Below, piece after piece: positions 27,585-36,058 of a stretch of 61,032 bases of DNA. The translations under genes were made by a program, and so were the position numbers. The notes under the pieces are model-generated. The model was given only the letters and a program-made list of their open reading frames with translations, made no database searches and was not told the origin of the DNA. Numbering within the stretch: position 1 is the first letter of the stretch; every line of letters starts with the position of its first letter. The stretch is from assembly GCA_013154175.1 (NCBI GenBank), contig JAADCZ010000110.1:1-61032 (forward strand), read 5' to 3'. Source of the DNA: Thermodesulfobacteriota bacterium (GTDB taxonomy: Bacteria > Desulfobacterota > Dissulfuribacteria > Dissulfuribacterales > QOAL01).

Positions 27585-29504
27585 CTAAAACGTAAAGTTT
27601 ACGTTGGTGGTAAAATCAATCAGGACCATGAAAGAATCCTCACTCCTATCAAACACCCTATCATCCTGCCACGTATAACGCCCCCTGATGCCCACTGTTG
27701 GCTCCTCGATGAAATGTTTCCAATTTGGCATTATGCAAAAGGCGAGCCTAGTGTGGATATCTAGATTCTGCTGATCAACCGAATCGTCGTCGGCCTCGGT
27801 AATATTGTAGTTACCTGCAAAGGACCAAAGAACCTTGTCGGTCAATTGCCATTCCATGTCCCAATTGGCCATGTATGTATCTGTCTCAACATCTCTCAGG
27901 TGGGAAATGGATTTGTTGTAGCTGAAACTTGGATTGAACCTGAAGACATTTCCTGTGTAACCCGGGGCAAAAACAAATGTTATGGTGGCAGTGTCTCCGG
28001 ATACGTGCGCCTTGTCATTTTGATAGGAATAGGCAGTATGAAAATTGAGATTCCAGGCACCCTTTAGCCAAGAGACATCTGCCCCAACAGAATCTGTATC
28101 GAAATAGATTTCCGGGGTGTATTCAGGTTCATCAGTGCTGTTCTGGATGACTTTTTGATAGTAGATGGATATTGGTAGGTTAGGAAGTTTGTTCCAAGAA
28201 TATTTGACACCCCCTTGGATGTCATAGACCTTTGGATAGAGCTTGTTGTCCTTAACGTTGTCGTTATATCTTGAAAACATGAACTCGAAACGGTGAAAAC
28301 CAGAGGTTATCCAACTGGCAAGGGAAAACCCTTCTCTATTCTTTGGAAGCCCCTGATTGCCTATTACTTCATAGTCTGGCCCCATATATTCATAGGTGCC
28401 GGAAAAGCCATAAGTTGCATCGTCCCATGCCAGTGAGGCCCTGTACGCCTTGTCACTTTCAGGCCCAAACTCATCCTTGGTGCTTGCATCATACTCGGAG
28501 ATGTCATACTCGCCCGTTATACGAAGCCTTGAGTTGAACCAGTTGGACTCAGCAATAAAGCCCCCAACCTTGCCACGCCGCCTGTCTTCAACAGTTGAAA
28601 TTCCAAAGGAACTGCCTTCCTCACCACCCTTTGCATACATGGAGCGAAGGGTTACATGATTGTCTAGAAGACTTACTGTTCCAGAAACCCCGTAAAGCTT
28701 GTCATTTGGATCGATGTCAACACCCAGCCCCCCATGCAAGCCATAATATTGGGCAGTGTTGGTGGAGAATAGATGTAGGCCAAGGACCTTGTAATTTAAA
28801 AATATCTGTCCGCCCTTTCTGGCATAATTGTTCACTGTATTTTGGGACTCCGTGACGATTATGTCTCCAAGTTGAGAGTCCATTCGGAAGTCTCCCCTTT
28901 CATAAACAGACTCGAGGAGAAAGCTTATGAGGTCGAAACCCTTTTTCTCTGGATACTCGATTGGGTGATCCTGGTCCACATAACGCAGTTCACCTCTTGC
29001 TGAAAATGTCCAATAGTTGGTACTGACCCGGTTTTCGCTGGACCAGTCCCCATCAACCCTCGAGTTAGGCTGCTGAGGCATATCGTCCTTTCTAAGCACC
29101 ATCTGATAAGTCAGCCCTGTAGAATTTTTTGAATAAATCTCCTTAAAGGCCCTGGATTGGCGGGATTTGAATCCAAAAGCTTCTGTGTAATAGGCTCCGG
29201 CTTCGTTCTCCCAGCTGATTTCCAGGATGTGATCACCAGCCGGAAGTGGCAGTATGGGTCTGAAGGAGCAAATGCTCCCATTGCACTCGACCATTGCGGT
29301 AACATCTGTACCGTCAAGAAGTACCAACATATTGTTTTGAGCCCCATGATCCTCACATTTCCATTTAAAAACGGGGCGTTTACCAACAATAATTTTGTCC
29401 AGATTGGGGCTGAAAAGCTCAATCTGGCTAGCGTATGTAAGACCATTTACAAATATCATGAGAACACTTGCAAGCAATACGAGGTGTTTTTGCTTTTGAG
29501 TCAT
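27585..29504 (-). CDS. Large outer-membrane beta-barrel protein with an N-terminal soluble (Ig-like?) domain, family unknown
   Basis: 639 aa. It has a signal peptide (LVLLASVLMIFVNGLTYA), about 500 aa of alternating strand-like Y/G/N/D/S-rich sequence, and the terminal NVNFTF. The stop lies 8 nt before the protease ATG. Confidence 0.65.
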   Translation of the reverse strand: MTQKQKHLVLLASVLMIFVNGLTYASQIELFSPNLDKIIVGKRPVFKWKCEDHGAQNNMLVLLDGTDVTAMVECNGSICSFRPILPLPAGDHILEISWENEAGAYYTEAFGFKSRQSRAFKEIYSKNSTGLTYQMVLRKDDMPQQPNSRVDGDWSSENRVSTNYWTFSARGELRYVDQDHPIEYPEKKGFDLISFLLESVYERGDFRMDSQLGDIIVTESQNTVNNYARKGGQIFLNYKVLGLHLFSTNTAQYYGLHGGLGVDIDPNDKLYGVSGTVSLLDNHVTLRSMYAKGGEEGSSFGISTVEDRRRGKVGGFIAESNWFNSRLRITGEYDISEYDASTKDEFGPESDKAYRASLAWDDATYGFSGTYEYMGPDYEVIGNQGLPKNREGFSLASWITSGFHRFEFMFSRYNDNVKDNKLYPKVYDIQGGVKYSWNKLPNLPISIYYQKVIQNSTDEPEYTPEIYFDTDSVGADVSWLKGAWNLNFHTAYSYQNDKAHVSGDTATITFVFAPGYTGNVFRFNPSFSYNKSISHLRDVETDTYMANWDMEWQLTDKVLWSFAGNYNITEADDDSVDQQNLDIHTRLAFCIMPNWKHFIEEPTVGIRGRYTWQDDRVFDRSEDSFMVLIDFTTNVNFTF

Positions 29505-29524
29505 TACAAGCCATCCCCCACTTC

Positions 29525-30163
29525 TTAATAAGCAGGCGCCAAAAACTCCACCAGCCCTGATTCCCTTAAAATCTTTGCACTCTCCCTCTTTGGGACATGC
29601 ACCACAAAGAGATCCTTGCCAGTAGGTCCATCCACTATCTTCATGTGATGCTTCCTAAGAAAAGAGACGAGGTCATTAATTTTTGTCTCCCCTTTAAATA
29701 TTACGTTGTACTCCACTCCATTATTCACAGGGTTGTTGGACGTCATGGTTTCAAATCCAGAGTGCATACCCTGAAAATAAAGAAGGGCTAAGAACAACAC
29801 TACCGCCTGGGCAGCACACATGGCCCAGGCAAGCTGGGGCATTTGAAAAAATTCCCTCAATCTGTCCCAAAAACCAGGCTCACAGTCTTTGGAAGGCTCC
29901 TTGGCCAGAAACTGGCCGTCCACCCTTGTTTCCTCAAGCCCAATTTCTTGAGATATTCTTTCAAATATTTTTTCTGAGGCTGGTTCTACCTCTTTTTCAA
30001 GTGCCTCAAAGGCCTTTTTAATTTGTATAGCTTCACGAAGTTCCTGTTCCAGCTCCTGACTTTCCCTTAAAGCCTCCTCAAACCTGGCTGCCTCATCCTC
30101 TGATAAACGGTTGTTTATATAATCCGGTATTAAATCAATGAATTTGTCTAGCTTCTTGTCCAT
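29525..30163 (-). CDS. Putative membrane-spanning anti-sigma factor (non-zinc type)
   Basis: The gene immediately follows the ECF sigma stop (TGA TTG ATG). It has a helical N-terminal domain (LIPDYINNRLSEDEAARFEEAL) with no HxxxCxxC, one TM helix (LAWAMCAAQAVVLFLALLYF) and an extracytoplasmic domain of about 75 aa. Confidence 0.6.
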   Translation of the reverse strand: MDKKLDKFIDLIPDYINNRLSEDEAARFEEALRESQELEQELREAIQIKKAFEALEKEVEPASEKIFERISQEIGLEETRVDGQFLAKEPSKDCEPGFWDRLREFFQMPQLAWAMCAAQAVVLFLALLYFQGMHSGFETMTSNNPVNNGVEYNVIFKGETKINDLVSFLRKHHMKIVDGPTGKDLFVVHVPKRESAKILRESGLVEFLAPAY

Positions 30164-30166
30164 CAA

Positions 30167-30694
30167 TCAATCTTCCCTGCTCAGTTCTTGCTTAAGTGCT
30201 TTCTTAGCGTGATAAACCCTGGTTTTTACCGTATTCAAAGGTATTTTTAGCAAGTTTGAAATTTCCTCATATGGCAATTCCTCAAAAAATACGAGGTGCA
30301 AGACTTCCCTATGCTTAGGGGATAGCCTCTCGAGGCCCTTTTTTACCAGCTCGATATTGGCAAATTTATCCACAAAGCTTTCTGCTTCATTGCTCTTGAG
30401 TTCATAATGATCGTCAATATCATCAAATGTTCTATTCTTCTTCAAAAACTTAAATGACAAGTTCCTTGCAATTCCCAAAATCCAAGTAATGGCCTTAGAC
30501 CGGCCCTGAAATTTGGCAGCACTTTTCCATATCTCGATGAAGGTATCTGCCAATATGTCTTGAGCAGCAGTTTCATCTTTCACCAGACCGAGAATATAAA
30601 AATAAACCCGCTTGTTTATTTCCTTATAAAGTAAGCTAAAGGCCTCTCGATCCTTTAACGCTACTCGACGTATCAGATATTCAAGGTCCGCCAT
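30167..30694 (-). CDS. ECF-type RNA polymerase sigma factor (sigma-70 family, regions 2 and 4)
   Basis: 175 aa. The region 2 segment is AQDILADTFIEIWKSAAKF. The region 4 HTH segment is LPYEEISNLLKIPLNTVKTRVYHAKKAL. Confidence 0.9.
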   Translation of the reverse strand: MADLEYLIRRVALKDREAFSLLYKEINKRVYFYILGLVKDETAAQDILADTFIEIWKSAAKFQGRSKAITWILGIARNLSFKFLKKNRTFDDIDDHYELKSNEAESFVDKFANIELVKKGLERLSPKHREVLHLVFFEELPYEEISNLLKIPLNTVKTRVYHAKKALKQELSRED

Positions 30695-30878
30695 CTTTTA
30701 TCGTTCTCTATTGTGTTCCTTTTAATTTCTGAAAGGTTCAAAAAACTTAAATCAATTTTAGACCCCACGCCTTCTTCAGCCAAGTAATATTTGAATGCTC
30801 ATTCATTATCATCAACCTTTTTTAATTTAAATCTTTTCTCATGGATTAATCTGAAGAAAAAACGGCGGTGGAGAGAAG

Positions 30879-30909
30879 AAAAAAAGGACAGCACCAGGCT
30901 GTCCTTTTT
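30879..30909. terminator. Bidirectional-looking terminator hairpin downstream of the histone-fold gene
   Basis: AAAAAAA-GGACAGC-5 nt loop-GCTGTCC-TTTTT. On the minus strand it lies 24 nt after the stop of the 30933-31382 gene. Confidence 0.75.
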
Positions 30910-30932
30910 AAAATGCGAGACTTTACTAGGGA

Positions 30933-31382
30933 CTATATCATAAGATTCAGGATTCTTTCCGCCCTTTCCATATCATCCTTGGAAATAATCTTATCCTTTG
31001 GTGAAAACTCCTTGGTAATATTTGCCATTACGTAAATCAATGTTCCAGTCAGATCAGGCAATTTCTTCTCCAACTCCTCCTCGAGTGCATACTTGAGGGG
31101 CGGCAGGGTTGCCAAGTGATCCAAGATTGGCTGCAGCTCCAGCTCTTCCTCCAGATCCTTGAATTTTTGCATGGATTCCTTCATGGCTTTGGTAAGAGGT
31201 ACATCGCACATCCAGATGACGTCCCTATTGTTGTAACGGGCATTGCCCTCGGCAACCACCAGAAGATCGTACAGTTTCTGATCCACAACATCACTTATTG
31301 CCTTTACCTTGCTCTTATCTATTCTCAATCCGGCGGCCTTCTTGTAAAGGGCCTCGATTTTGTGCGCTCCGGTTACTGCCAT
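30933..31382 (-). CDS. Doublet histone-fold protein (DUF1931-like bacterial histone homologue)
   Basis: 149 aa. The first half aligns by eye to archaeal HMfB (IEALYKKAAGLRIDKSKVKAISDVV...AEGNARYNNRDVIWMCDV versus [25 protein letters not shown]...[18 protein letters not shown], HMfB recalled from memory). The second half repeats the helix-loop-long helix-loop-helix pattern. It has a strong RBS (GAAGGAGGAAAG) and its own terminator. Confidence 0.6.
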   Translation of the reverse strand: MAVTGAHKIEALYKKAAGLRIDKSKVKAISDVVDQKLYDLLVVAEGNARYNNRDVIWMCDVPLTKAMKESMQKFKDLEEELELQPILDHLATLPPLKYALEEELEKKLPDLTGTLIYVMANITKEFSPKDKIISKDDMERAERILNLMI

Positions 31383-31622
31383 TTCGTCTTTCCTCCTTCA
31401 TTTTGCCTTATTTTTGAATTTATCTTCGCTTCACAGCATTATCCATTATGACCTGACTACACGAGCCGGCTCAATAACAAGTCACGGTTCACTGATTTTA
31501 GAAAATCTAAGTCCTTCCAAACAATGTGCAAGGATGGAAAAAATAAAAAACCATATACATAATTCGATTCAGCGTGATTAATATTAAAATTGTAACATCT
31601 CAACTAATTTTTTTGGAGGTCC

Positions 31623-32801
31623 ATGGCCATGGAAAACTTTGAATTCCACAATCCAACCAAAATTGTCTTTGGCTCCGACGCCCTGGACAAAATAGGCCCA
31701 AATGTCAAAGGATTGGGAGACAAGTGCCTTATTGTAACCGGAAGGGAAAGTGCCAAAAAATCAGGCGGTTATGACAAGGTAAAAGGGGAGCTTCAAAAGG
31801 CGGGGATAGAATGTATCGAGCTGACAGGGGTTCAGTCAAACCCAGTCCTTTCCAAGGTTTACGAAGGCATAGAGATGGCCAAAAAGGAAAATGTTGACTT
31901 TGTGGTTGCCATTGGAGGCGGAAGTGTAATGGATACCGCAAAGGCCATCAGCGCCGGAGCCCTACTCGATGGGGATATATGGGATGTATTTCAGGGAAAG
32001 ATGGAGATTGAAACTGCACTTCCAGTGGTCTGCATTCCAACCCTTGCCGCATCGGGCTCAGAGATGAATGGATTCATGGTAATCACCAACGAGGAGACAG
32101 GCCACAAACTCGCGGCTGGTGCTCCTGCAATCTACCCCAAGGTTTCCTTTTTAAATCCGGAACTTACCTTTACCGTCCCCAAAGACTACACTGCCTACGG
32201 GGGCGTGGATGCAATATGTCATCTGCTTGAACCCTATTTCAACGGCCCGGATCCCTACACTCCAGTACAGGACGAAATTGCTGAAGGGCTCATTCGAACC
32301 ATAATGACCGTAACCAGAGGGTGTCTGGACAAACCCCATGACTACCAGAAAAGGGCTGCCCTCATGTGGGCTGCAACCCTTGCCCTAAACGGCCTTACAC
32401 GGGCGGGAGTGGGTGAACATCCCTTCCCTGTGCATCTCATAGAGCATGCCCTCAGTGCCATCTATAAGGTTCCCCACGGAGCTGGCCTGGCTGCCCTGCT
32501 CCCAGGCTGGATGAAATGGAAGGCCACCTACAGGGGGCCTGAAAAGGTGGCCCAGTTCGGGGCAAAATGCCTTGCCTGCTCAGGCAAAAAGGACATCAAG
32601 GATTTGGCCTTCGAGGCAGCGGACACCTTTGCACAGTGGCTCGAAAGCATTGAGTGCCCAAAGAACCTGGGTGGTCTGAATATTCCCCCAGGGGATCATG
32701 AAAAAATTGCTGAAAATGCCCTGTTCCAATCAAAAATATGGGGAATAGAGAACGATTACAGCAAAGAGGTCATTATGGAGATTCTCTCCTTTTGCCAATG
32801 A
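31623..32801 (+). CDS. Iron-containing (group III) alcohol dehydrogenase, butanol dehydrogenase/YqhD-like
   Basis: 392 aa. The GGGSVMD nucleotide-binding motif and the metal-ligand histidines (HLLE, HALS...HGAG) are present. GGAGG RBS is present. Confidence 0.9.
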   Translation: MAMENFEFHNPTKIVFGSDALDKIGPNVKGLGDKCLIVTGRESAKKSGGYDKVKGELQKAGIECIELTGVQSNPVLSKVYEGIEMAKKENVDFVVAIGGGSVMDTAKAISAGALLDGDIWDVFQGKMEIETALPVVCIPTLAASGSEMNGFMVITNEETGHKLAAGAPAIYPKVSFLNPELTFTVPKDYTAYGGVDAICHLLEPYFNGPDPYTPVQDEIAEGLIRTIMTVTRGCLDKPHDYQKRAALMWAATLALNGLTRAGVGEHPFPVHLIEHALSAIYKVPHGAGLAALLPGWMKWKATYRGPEKVAQFGAKCLACSGKKDIKDLAFEAADTFAQWLESIECPKNLGGLNIPPGDHEKIAENALFQSKIWGIENDYSKEVIMEILSFCQ

Positions 32802-33522
32802 GGGCAACTAGGAAGATGCTGATTTCATAAAGGACAAGAAGCGGAAGCGCAAGCAGACACTGGTTCACCACATCTGGAGTTGGAGTGAGTATAGCTGCCA
32901 GGATGAATATTATAAGCAGGGCATATTTTCGGTTTTTTCGAAGCATCTTGGCATCTATGAGCCCTATAAGGGCCATGAATACCATAAAAATGGGCAGTTC
33001 AAAGGCGGCTCCAAAGCCAAGCAATAGCTTTATGGTAAGGCTGAAGTATTCGCTGACACTTGGCATGAGCTTAAGATCCTGCCCTGCATAGCTCGCCAAA
33101 AAATTGAAGGCAGCGGGAAAGACCACGATGTAGCCAAAAAGGGCACCACCTACAAAAAAGAGGCTCGAGAAGACAATGAAAGGCAGAGCCCACTTTTTCT
33201 CATGGGGATAGAGCCCGGGGGCTACGAAAGCCCATATCTCGTAAAGGATGAAGGGGCTCGCCAAAAAGATTCCGCAGGTCAGGGCAAGTTTCAAATAGGT
33301 GAAAAAGGCCTCTGGGTACGAGGTAAAGATGAGAGTCGTACCTGGAGGCACCACTTCTTCCAAGGGTTTTGAAAGGAGGGCAAATATTGGCTCTATGAAG
33401 GCATAGGAGATGCAAAAGCCCACTGCCACGGCTGCGATAGACCTAATCAGCCGCGTCCTTAGCTCTGCCAGATGTTCCGTGAGGCTGAGCTCAGCCTGGT
33501 GCTGCTCTTTATTGGAACTCAT
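32773..33522 (-). CDS. tatC: Twin-arginine translocase subunit TatC
   Basis: 249 aa. The N-terminus LTEHLAELRTRLIRS is typical of TatC and six TM helices are predicted. It overlaps pepP by 14 nt. Confidence 0.93.
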   Translation of the reverse strand: MSSNKEQHQAELSLTEHLAELRTRLIRSIAAVAVGFCISYAFIEPIFALLSKPLEEVVPPGTTLIFTSYPEAFFTYLKLALTCGIFLASPFILYEIWAFVAPGLYPHEKKWALPFIVFSSLFFVGGALFGYIVVFPAAFNFLASYAGQDLKLMPSVSEYFSLTIKLLLGFGAAFELPIFMVFMALIGLIDAKMLRKNRKYALLIIFILAAILTPTPDVVNQCLLALPLLVLYEISIFLVALIGKRRESP

Positions 33523-34606
33523 AATAAAACCGTGATGAAGTCAGAAGACGACATCCATTTTCCTCAACCACAGCCATATTCTCCAGACGCACACCGCCCT
33601 TGCCTGGGATATAGATGCCAGGCTCCACTGTGATAACCATTCCTGCCCGCAATAGCTTCCTGTTTCGAAAGGATACGGCCGGGGCCTCATGTATGGCAAT
33701 TCCCACTCCATGCCCAAGGGAATGGACAAAGTACTCGCCAAAGCCCCGCTGCTCTATTATCTCCCTGGCAGCACCATCTGCATCCTTACACCTTATCCCC
33801 GCCCTGATGAATCTTTGTGCCGCTTCCTGGGCGTCCTTTACAACATTATAGATTTCCTTGAAATATGGATCTGGCTCGCCAATAAACATTGTCCTAGTCA
33901 TGTCTGAACAGTACCCATCCAAGCGGGCACCCATATCGATGATTATTGGTTCGCCTGCCTTGAGTTCTCTATTTCCAGGAATGGCATGGGGCAGTGCAGC
34001 ATTGGGGCCAGATGCCACTATGGGAGGAAACGACGGCCCATCTGCCTTGAGATAAAGCCCCTTTAGGATCAAAAAGGCCACTTCTCTTTCTGTCACACCG
34101 GCCTTCAGCTCTGGCAATATGTCGGCAAAGACCTCTTCAGCCACCTCCTGGGCCCGACCAATCTTGGCAAGCTCCTCATGGTCCTTTATGGCCCTCATTT
34201 TAAATATAAGGTCCCCGAAATCCACCAGAGTAGCCGGAACAATAGCGTGCTTTATCTTTTTGTAGGTGGCAACAGGCAGAAAAGGTGGCTCAAATCCACA
34301 CCTTTTGATGTCAAGGTCACGAAAGAGCTGTTTTAACAGGGCAGGAAGGCCCTTTTTATAAAGTTGTACCTGAAAAAGCGGCGCCTCTTTAGTGGCCTGC
34401 TCCTTATAGCGGCCATCTGTGAGAAGAAGATTCTCATTTCTGGTAATTAGAAGACAACCGGCAGACTCGCCAAGCCCCAGATCCTCTGCCCAAAACCCGC
34501 TCAAGTAGTATCTGTTCTCCGGGCATGTCACAAGCACTGCCTGAAGATCCCTGGCTACCAGGGACCTTCTGAGCCTGGAAAGCCTTGTGTCGATTTCATT
34601 TTTCAT
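33509..34606 (-). CDS. pepP: Xaa-Pro aminopeptidase (M24B)
   Basis: It has a creatinase/prolidase N-domain plus the M24 metal ligands (DMGARLDGYCSDMTRT, HSLGHGVG, VITVEPG, LENM). I prefer ATG 34606 over the track TTG 34630. Confidence 0.9.
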   Translation of the reverse strand: MKNEIDTRLSRLRRSLVARDLQAVLVTCPENRYYLSGFWAEDLGLGESAGCLLITRNENLLLTDGRYKEQATKEAPLFQVQLYKKGLPALLKQLFRDLDIKRCGFEPPFLPVATYKKIKHAIVPATLVDFGDLIFKMRAIKDHEELAKIGRAQEVAEEVFADILPELKAGVTEREVAFLILKGLYLKADGPSFPPIVASGPNAALPHAIPGNRELKAGEPIIIDMGARLDGYCSDMTRTMFIGEPDPYFKEIYNVVKDAQEAAQRFIRAGIRCKDADGAAREIIEQRGFGEYFVHSLGHGVGIAIHEAPAVSFRNRKLLRAGMVITVEPGIYIPGKGGVRLENMAVVEENGCRLLTSSRFYYEFQ

Positions 34607-34948
34607 TTGGCGCCCTACCTGTGAATCCAATTTTCATCCACGGAACAATCTACACACAAACTGTTCCAAAAAAAAGTGGAGATCACACAGGTCCTAGAGG
34701 GCAAAAGTCCAGAACAAAATCGCAATCAAGGCAAGCCATCTGGCCAATCAGCTGGATTGGGTTGACAAAGACCTCTATCTCTTCACTCTATATCACCCTC
34801 GAGCTGCCATAAGATTGGCGCAGCACCCAAAACCTAGCATCCCCAGTGGCATAGGCGATTTCCCCCCTGCCTTTGGCGTATCTATGTCTACCCGTCTTGA
34901 AAGGCGGTTACACCTCGTGCCGGTACGTTGGAGGCCATCAAGTGCCTT

Positions 34949-35410
34949 TTATTTGTTGAAGGCCACCTCTACCACAAACTTCCCATTGGCCGTCTCAAAG
35001 GGGACAGCAAGGCAAGGGCCTGTATGTATATGTCTGATGGAATGGTTTGGCCCTGCCACCACTGTGGGTGTTCCTGCTTGAAGACTGACCCCTACCCCTT
35101 CGAGTCTCCTTCTAGCATCGCCACATATCATATTGGTCATCTCGCCAACTGCATCTTTGACCTCGTCATTCACCTCTTTAACGGGCATGCCAAAGAGATT
35201 TGTGACAATTGCACAGATGCATGGAGACTCAAAGGATAGTGACATGGAACCCTGGGCATCACCTGTGATTCCTATTATCCCTGAAACATCCCCCATTGCT
35301 GTGGAGTCTTTCTTTATAAAAGGTTTCCCTGGCTTTGCCTCCACCATGGCCATTGTCTTGAGGACGTTCATGGCCGCCTCCAGGAAAGGGTTGATTATTT
35401 TGGCATCCAC
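34949..35410 (-). CDS. cheX: CheX-like chemotaxis phosphatase (CheC/CheX/FliY superfamily), orphan
   Basis: Typical CheX segments are INPFLEAAMNVLKTM, GDVSGIIGITGDAQGSMSLSF and GEMTNMICG. GTG 35410 lies 7 nt after AAAGGAGA and gives 153 aa. The track TTG 35476 is less likely. Confidence 0.8.
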   Translation of the reverse strand: MDAKIINPFLEAAMNVLKTMAMVEAKPGKPFIKKDSTAMGDVSGIIGITGDAQGSMSLSFESPCICAIVTNLFGMPVKEVNDEVKDAVGEMTNMICGDARRRLEGVGVSLQAGTPTVVAGPNHSIRHIHTGPCLAVPFETANGKFVVEVAFNK

Positions 35411-35536
35411 GAGAGTTTCTCCTTTCTGCGAACTGTTTGGAACCGATTCAATGTTTTTATCGGTAATTAAAATCAATTCATTAAGGCTGTCTGAAATATT
35501 TCGAAAACAAAGGAAAAAAGGAGAAAAAGGGGGGAA

Positions 35537-36052
35537 TTAAAATGGTGGAGTGAAAGATATGGAGGCGCTGGCTATTACCTTGGCCAGAAACCAGCTTATC
35601 ATGATACCGCAGATAAGCAGTCGCAAAAAGGCAGCCACAATAAAACCCACGAAAGAGCCGAAACCAGAGGTCAGGGCCTGCCTCAACTCGCCTCCTACGA
35701 GGAGTTCACCAATAATGGCGCCGATAAAAGGGCCTATGATCATGCCCAAAGGTCCAATGACAAAGACCAGCAGCATGCCCAGCACTGCACCAATGGCTCC
35801 GGCTTTCGTCCCCTTGAATTTTTTGACCCCCCATATCGTTGCCAAATAGTCAATTACATAGGTGGAAAGGGCCAAGAGACCTTGGATAACGTAGAACCAT
35901 ATGGACCAGTCCACACCTGGGGCCAAGAGACCATAGGCCACGATTCCAAGCCAGATAAAAAGTGCACCTGGAAGTGCCGGAAGTAAAAGCCCTGCAACCC
36001 CTGTGATGATAAGGGCAAAGGATATCAAAGCTGCTATTGCTACCTGATCCAT
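35537..36052 (-). CDS. DUF456-family integral membrane protein
   Basis: 171 aa with four to five hydrophobic helices. The N-terminus GVAGLLLPALPGALFIWLGIVAYG is typical of DUF456 as I remember it. It starts 6 nt after the cytochrome b stop. Confidence 0.7.
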   Translation of the reverse strand: MDQVAIAALISFALIITGVAGLLLPALPGALFIWLGIVAYGLLAPGVDWSIWFYVIQGLLALSTYVIDYLATIWGVKKFKGTKAGAIGAVLGMLLVFVIGPLGMIIGPFIGAIIGELLVGGELRQALTSGFGSFVGFIVAAFLRLLICGIMISWFLAKVIASASISFTPPF

Positions 36053-36058
36053 TGTGTA

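Noticed and set aside
27585-29504. Possible shared domain between the barrel-protein N-terminus (IELFSPNLDKIIVGKRPVFKWKCEDHG) and a protease middle segment (IRLVRPLNGGSTTLPGLTFQWKPLGGG)
   Set aside because: Only about 7 of 27 positions are identical by eye, which is compatible with any Ig-like beta-sandwich start. It is not enough to claim homology without a profile comparison.
34696-34715. AGAGGGCAAAAGTCCAGAAC, reminiscent of the RNase P RNA GAGGAAAGTCCGGGC core
   Set aside because: The match is partial. The other universally conserved RNase P blocks, such as ACAGAACCCGGCTTA-like, are absent from the 342-nt spacer.
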